Source of the DNA: Elusimicrobiota bacterium
GTDB taxonomy: Bacteria; Elusimicrobiota; Elusimicrobia; UBA1565
Length of the DNA: 12,442 nt
Direction of reading: 5' to 3'
NCBI GenBank assembly: GCA_043819795.1
Contig: JBDREN010000016.1
Coordinates: 1 to 12,442 of the forward strand
The translations under genes were made by a program, and so were the position numbers. The notes beneath the pieces were generated by a model. That model made no database searches. It had not been told where the DNA came from and saw only the letters and a list, made by a program, of their open reading frames with translations. Position 1 is the first letter of the stretch, and each line of letters begins with the position of its first letter. Below, in pieces: positions 8,762-12,442 of this stretch.

Positions 8762-9024
8762 TATCCCCCCCAGCGGGCCTGAAAAGACCGCGAAAGGGCC
8801 GAATGCCCTGACGTAGTTTCCTTGTTTATTTCTCCGGATGGCCGGGCAGTCTCCCTTGGGTCGCCCCGGGGGGCGCGCGGCGGTCTCATGGTCTTCGGGG
8901 CGCCGCTGGGTCCTGATGCCGCTTTGTCCGTAAGCGGCCCCAAAAACCATGTAAGGCCGACGCGGTCCCTTGAAAATTGTCCCATGGTTTTTCCGAAACT
9001 ACCCCCTCCCCCGTCCGAGTCTTT

Positions 9025-9048
9025 CGGAAAGTTGCCAATTTTCCGGGT
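9025..9048. repeat. 21-bp palindromic site, copy 1
   Basis: CGGAAAGTTG-C-CAATTTTCCG(GGT); 23/24 identical to 9234-9257. Confidence 0.85.
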
Positions 9049-9232
9049 TTCTCCCCGGGTCCCTTTCATGGTTCTTTTGGCGCTAGGTCCGCCCGGGCTC
9101 CCTATCCGGCCTCGCGGGCCCCGCTGGGCGCTCCGCGGGATCTCCAGGTCCCCTGGAATGCCCGAAAAGTAGCCGCCTTTCGGGGTATCCCTTAGATGGT
9201 CTTTTGCATCCTGGGCCTTTGCTGAGGATCTG

Positions 9233-9257
9233 CCGGAAAGTTGCCAACTTTCCGGGT
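9233..9257. repeat. Palindromic site, copy 2 (perfect, 23 bp)
   Basis: CCGGAAAGTTG-C-CAACTTTCCGG (9233-9255): perfect 11-bp arms around one central base. Confidence 0.9.
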
Positions 9258-9444
9258 GTCTTCGACCCGCCGTACCCAGGCTGCTGCCAAGATCCCGCAA
9301 TATTTTTGACTTGCCGAGACTGCTGGTTTTGAAATATTGACACAAGATGTTAGCTTTAGCGAATTATTACTGTCATTCATGTCGGAAATCGATATAGTTT
9401 AAGACGGGTTGTAGGCCTGGCTGGCCAGGCCGGCGGGGGTGGTA

Positions 9445-9472
9445 AGGTAACATAATATACATTATCGTCAGT
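9445..9472 (-). other. dif site (XerC/XerD chromosome dimer resolution site)
   Basis: The - strand reads ACTGACGATAA-TGTATA-TTATGTTACCT versus E. coli dif GGTGCGCATAA-TGTATA-TTATGTTAAAT. The 18-nt core ATAATGTATATTATGTTA is identical. The site is intergenic, where the two gene arms converge. Confidence 0.9.
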
Positions 9473-9827
9473 CAGGGGGGGCCAGGCGGCGGAGCCCCCC
9501 GGGCTTTGGTTTCGCGTTCTGGGATCTGCGGCGCGGCGCCGTTCTGGTTCTGCCGGCATCCGAGCGCTCGGCGTTTTTCGACTGGCGCGGTCGCCTTCCC
9601 GCGGATGCCCCCGAGAAGCCGAAGTGTTTCGCTGAGAGCCGTATCTCGGCGCGGGCTTGCGGCGCCTGGTCGAAGCCCCGATCATCAGCGTCGTGGACTC
9701 GGAGCGCGCGGCCGTCGTCCTGTGTCGTCGGAAGAAGCCCGCTTCGGAGGGATGATCCCGGCCATTTCGGCGGCGAGCCCGGCAGCGCGCATCCCGAGCG
9801 GGCGCGCCTTACATTATAGGCGCGTCT

Positions 9828-10346
9828 CTAGGCTGAGGGCTGGATGAAGGCGCTCAACTGGCTCGCGAGCGTGAACGCCTTGGCGAGGCCGGGGCCGCTG
9901 AGCTCGTAGCGCCGCGCCCTGCGGCTGCCGGATGCCAGGATCTCGCCGCGCTCCAGCGCGCTCTTGATGGCCCTATCCACCCGCAGGATCGGGTATCCTG
10001 AGGCTCGCAGCCACCGTGCCAGCTGAGCCGCGGTGGGCTTCGGGGTCCTCAGCACGATCTTGGATGCAGCCAGGAGGATCAGGCAGGCCTCTTTCTCCGC
10101 TTTATCCCCCCCCAGCTTGGCCCGGAGTTGTATGTTCGGTCCTCGGACCTCCAGGATGGTCTCCCAGAGCGCCTGCGAAGGGAGCGCGCCGGCCGACGCG
10201 ATCGAGGCCTCTCCGGGCCTGCCCGGCCTTTGCAGGGCGATGAATTGCCCGCGCTCCTCGGCGATGAAAGCGGCGCTGCCCTCGGCCTCCAGCTCGGAGC
10301 CGTTGGCCAGTTTCAGGCGCAGCTTATGGGGATGCTGTTCGGGCAT
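9828..10346 (-). CDS. Hypothetical DNA-binding protein with predicted C-terminal winged helix (172 aa)
   Basis: N-terminal beta-beta-alpha module (KLRLKLANGSELEAEGSAAFIAEER), low-complexity linker, then PTAAQLARWLRASG..RVDRAIKSALERGEILASGSRRARRYELSGPGLAKA, a wHTH-like helix-helix-wing pattern. ATG 10346 is preferred over GTG 10370 because it lies 6 nt after the -10. Confidence 0.8.
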   Translation of the reverse strand: MPEQHPHKLRLKLANGSELEAEGSAAFIAEERGQFIALQRPGRPGEASIASAGALPSQALWETILEVRGPNIQLRAKLGGDKAEKEACLILLAASKIVLRTPKPTAAQLARWLRASGYPILRVDRAIKSALERGEILASGSRRARRYELSGPGLAKAFTLASQLSAFIQPSA

Positions 10347-10352
10347 GGCTTT

Positions 10353-10381
10353 ATTATGCCACGATTCCACAAATAAGTCAA
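10353..10381 (-). promoter_or_regulatory. Sigma70 promoter with extended -10 for the wHTH gene; leaderless
   Basis: TTGACT (10381-10376), 17 bp, TG-n-CATAAT (-10 at 10358-10353), 6 nt, then ATG (10346). Confidence 0.8.
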
Positions 10382-10531
10382 TTATGTGGGGATAAGATGT
10401 GCATTCGCGTTAAAATGTTTTCCAAGCTAGAAATAATGTCACAAACAAGACTTAAATAGTGACGCAAAAAGTGTGGCTAAGATTTTGATGTCTTGTTAAT
10501 GACGGGGATATGTGGATAAGCCTGGGGATAG
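10363..10531. promoter_or_regulatory. AT-rich DnaA-box cluster (oriC-like) with IHF-like site
   Basis: Perfect TGTGGATAA (10511-10519). 8/9 boxes TGGGGATAA (10387-10395) and TGTGGCTAA (10472-10480). 7/9 boxes TGGGGATAG (10523-10531), GATTCCACA (10363-10371) and TTTTCCAAG (10418-10426). 6/9 CGGGGATAT (10503-10511). IHF-like CATCAAAATCTTA (- strand, 10478-10490). Bases 10351-10500 are about 33% GC by hand count. Confidence 0.75.
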
Positions 10532-10739
10532 CGACGCCGGGATGGGCCGGACCGGGTCGCGGATGGGTGGGGCCCGAGCCCGGGACGGAGATACGGACGG
10601 ACCTGCATGGAGCCCGCCTCTGCGCCGTGGCGGGAGGCCCGTCCCGGGAGGGCGCGGGGGGCGCTGAATAACCAGGCCGAGGCGTGGCGTTTTGGAGCTA
10701 TGGAAATAGGGCTTGAAAAGGACTTTTTGGGGCTGGAAA

Positions 10740-10759
10740 TAGCCCTGCGAGAAGGGCTA
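10740..10759 (-). terminator. Weak hairpin overlapping the stop codon of the beta-barrel gene
   Basis: - strand TAGCCCT-TCTCGC-AGGGCTA followed by only TTTCC. Confidence 0.35.
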
Positions 10760-12130
10760 GAAGCGGCCCATGGCCTCGAACAAGTAGCGCCTGGAGGAGT
10801 TCTTGACCACGTTGCTGGCGTTCCCCGCGTTGAAGAGGGCCGCTGAGGCGCGCAGGGTGAACCGTTCCCGGATGTCGTAGCGGAGGCGGATATCGAACTC
10901 CGTTCCCAGGGTCCTGTCGGGGCCGAGGTTGCGGTCGGCCTGGAAGAGGTAGTAATCCAGGTCCATGACGATCCCCCGGTAGGCCGGGGGGGTCACCCCC
11001 ATGCCCACGGCGATGATGCCGCTGACGCCCCTGTGGAGGCCGCTGGCGGTGGCCGTGGACTGGCCTCCGAAGGCGTCGTAAGGCGTGGCCCCGAAGAACT
11101 CGCCGATGCCGGCCCGCTCGAGGCCGTCGAAGCGGTGGCCGTTGGAGGGGAAGAAGGCCTCGTCGGTCGTCGGCGTGGTCGGGTCGTCGCCGGATCCCCG
11201 GGCCAGGGTGAAGCGGGCGATGCCCCGGACGTCCCGGTAGAAGCGCTGCTTCCACTTCGCCCGGAAGACCTGGGCGTTGCCGTCGTAGGTGACGTGGTTC
11301 TGGGCCGCCGCGACGCCGGGCGCGTCGGTCGGCGTGGCCGCGCCTTTCTGGAGAGCCGCTTCCCCGTCGAACACCAGGGGCCCGAAGGCGATCCGGTAGC
11401 GCAGGCTCGAGAACCATCGCGTGGCGCCGCTGACGAGGCATCCCGCGCCCCCGCAGCCGTTGGGGGCCGCGGTCTGGGTCGTGCGGTCCTTCTCGATGAG
11501 CTGGTGCAGCTGCCAGGTGCCTTCGGAGGGCACCTCGACGGTGAACCCGAAGACGTCCAGGTTGTTGGCGACCGCGCCCAACTGGCTGTTGCGCGCCTGG
11601 AACATGAATCCCTCGGTCTTGATCCCCCCCCAGGGCAGGTCGCCCTTGGCCGAGATCCCGGTCAGGCCCGCCCCGTTGTCGTCGAGGAGCAGCCCCGTGC
11701 CGAGGCGGAAGGTCTGGCGGCCCACGGTCAGGTCCCAGGGGACGCCGCCGAGGTGATGCGCGGCCAGATAGGCGTTCTCCAGGAAGGGGACGAAGCTCGT
11801 GTCGGGGTACTGGTCCGCCGCGCGGTCGAAGGGCGTTGCGAAGGGCGTCGTGGAGCCGGCCACCCCGAGGGCCCGGAGCTTGATCGCGATGTCGAGGGTC
11901 TCCGATTCGCCGCGGGCGTCGGTGAGGTGGATGTTCTTGAGCACGAAGCCGAGCCGGGCGCTCTGGGAGATGAACGAGTGGTTGTTCGGCTGCTCGGTGT
12001 TGAGGCTGAGGTTCGAATAGGCGAGCACCCGCATCCGGTACTCGGTGGTGAGGTCCAGGCTGGCCGCCTCGGCGCGCGGGGCGAAAGCCGCGGCCAGGGC
12101 GAACAACAAGAGCGGGACGCGGTTGTTCAT
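10757..12130 (-). CDS. Outer-membrane beta-barrel protein, alginate export (AlgE-like) family
   Basis: Signal peptide (A-E-A cleavage), N-terminal EYRMR strand, NAYL and VGRQTFRLGTGLLL motifs, LGTEFDI, and an amphipathic last strand ending in Phe. GGGGAG RBS upstream. Confidence 0.8.
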   Translation of the reverse strand: MNNRVPLLLFALAAAFAPRAEAASLDLTTEYRMRVLAYSNLSLNTEQPNNHSFISQSARLGFVLKNIHLTDARGESETLDIAIKLRALGVAGSTTPFATPFDRAADQYPDTSFVPFLENAYLAAHHLGGVPWDLTVGRQTFRLGTGLLLDDNGAGLTGISAKGDLPWGGIKTEGFMFQARNSQLGAVANNLDVFGFTVEVPSEGTWQLHQLIEKDRTTQTAAPNGCGGAGCLVSGATRWFSSLRYRIAFGPLVFDGEAALQKGAATPTDAPGVAAAQNHVTYDGNAQVFRAKWKQRFYRDVRGIARFTLARGSGDDPTTPTTDEAFFPSNGHRFDGLERAGIGEFFGATPYDAFGGQSTATASGLHRGVSGIIAVGMGVTPPAYRGIVMDLDYYLFQADRNLGPDRTLGTEFDIRLRYDIRERFTLRASAALFNAGNASNVVKNSSRRYLFEAMGRF

Positions 12131-12253
12131 GGTCGCTCCCCAACGGCCTCGGATGCGACCATTTCCTGCGCAGTATGCTCGGTCATGTCGAAAAATGCTA
12201 GCAAATATGCCGTCGTGAGGACACGGCTTTTCGGACCGGGCCGGCGTCCGGCC

Positions 12254-12293
12254 AAAGAAAATCCCCCGGCGGCCAGCGCCGGGGGTTTTCTTT
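12254..12293. terminator. Intrinsic terminator, potentially bidirectional
   Basis: AAAGAAAA-T-CCCCCGGCG-GCCAG-CGCCGGGGG-TTTTCTTT, located 14 bp downstream of the stop at 12308 (- strand). Confidence 0.9.
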
Positions 12294-12307
12294 GAGGAGT
12301 GCGCGCC

Positions 12308-12442
12308 TTAGAACTTCACGGAGAAGTCCGCGTAGGTCAAGACGGCGGGATTGTGGCCCTGGGCCGACGCGCCCCTGGCGTTGAATTCCCGGATGTACCC
12401 GCCGGGATGGAAGCGGGCGTAGCCCACGCCGATCTTCACGTT
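12308..12442 (-). CDS. 3' end of a second outer-membrane beta-barrel protein (possibly AlgE-like paralog); runs off the right edge
   Basis: Manual translation: NVKIGVGYARFHPGGYIREFNARGASAQGHNPAVLTYADFSVKF*. Amphipathic strands and a terminal Phe (BAM signal), followed by a terminator. Confidence 0.75.
   Translation of the reverse strand, partial: NVKIGVGYARFHPGGYIREFNARGASAQGHNPAVLTYADFSVKF

Noticed and set aside
184..9011. KOPS (GGGNAGGG) polarity towards dif
   Set aside because: Matches occur in both orientations left of dif (e.g. + at 195 and about 8480, - at about 1684 and 9004), so there is no usable signal in this window.
9025..9257. CRISPR array or MITE interpretation of the palindromic repeats
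   Set aside because: Only two good copies 209 bp apart, no regular spacers, no cas genes and no target-site duplication seen.
9445..9827. Xer-integrated mobile element (IMEX) at dif
   Set aside because: No second full dif-like att site and no phage, rep or integrase genes in the window.
8758..9847. ORFs in the dif region (8758-9345, 8822-9172, 9377-9685, 9506-9847 and others)
   Set aside because: Low-complexity P/G/R/S translations with no RBS or motifs, running through palindromes and dif. The region reads as non-coding.
12190..12215. Sigma54 promoter upstream of the beta-barrel gene (CGGCATATTTGC on the - strand)
   Set aside because: GG-to-GC spacing is 7 or 11 nt rather than the required 10.
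10698..12295. ORFs 10698-12143 (-) and 11033-12295 (+)
   Set aside because: Alternative-frame and antisense shadows of the beta-barrel gene 10757-12130.

Overview
High-GC chromosomal window from a diderm bacterium (it encodes Omp85 and beta-barrel proteins; Elusimicrobiota is my unverified guess). The left arm (+ strand) is a housekeeping run: a pgeF remnant cut by an IS4-like element at the left edge, hisC, cmk, plsC, a short divergent 4-domain rpsA-like gene, a peptidase/TolB-propeller/Omp85 fusion, a SAM methyltransferase and a leaderless 2-TM protein. The right arm (- strand) has two outer-membrane beta-barrel genes and a leaderless winged-helix protein. The arms converge on about 1.07 kb of non-coding DNA (8762-9827) holding a clear XerCD dif site (9445-9472), a repeated 21-bp palindrome and other repeated motifs. 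About 0.9 kb from dif, across the winged-helix gene, lies an AT-rich DnaA-box cluster with an IHF-like site and oriC-like layout (10363-10531). This arrangement of dif, palindromic sites, a wHTH gene and an oriC-like element is the main candidate for an undescribed replication or terminus system.
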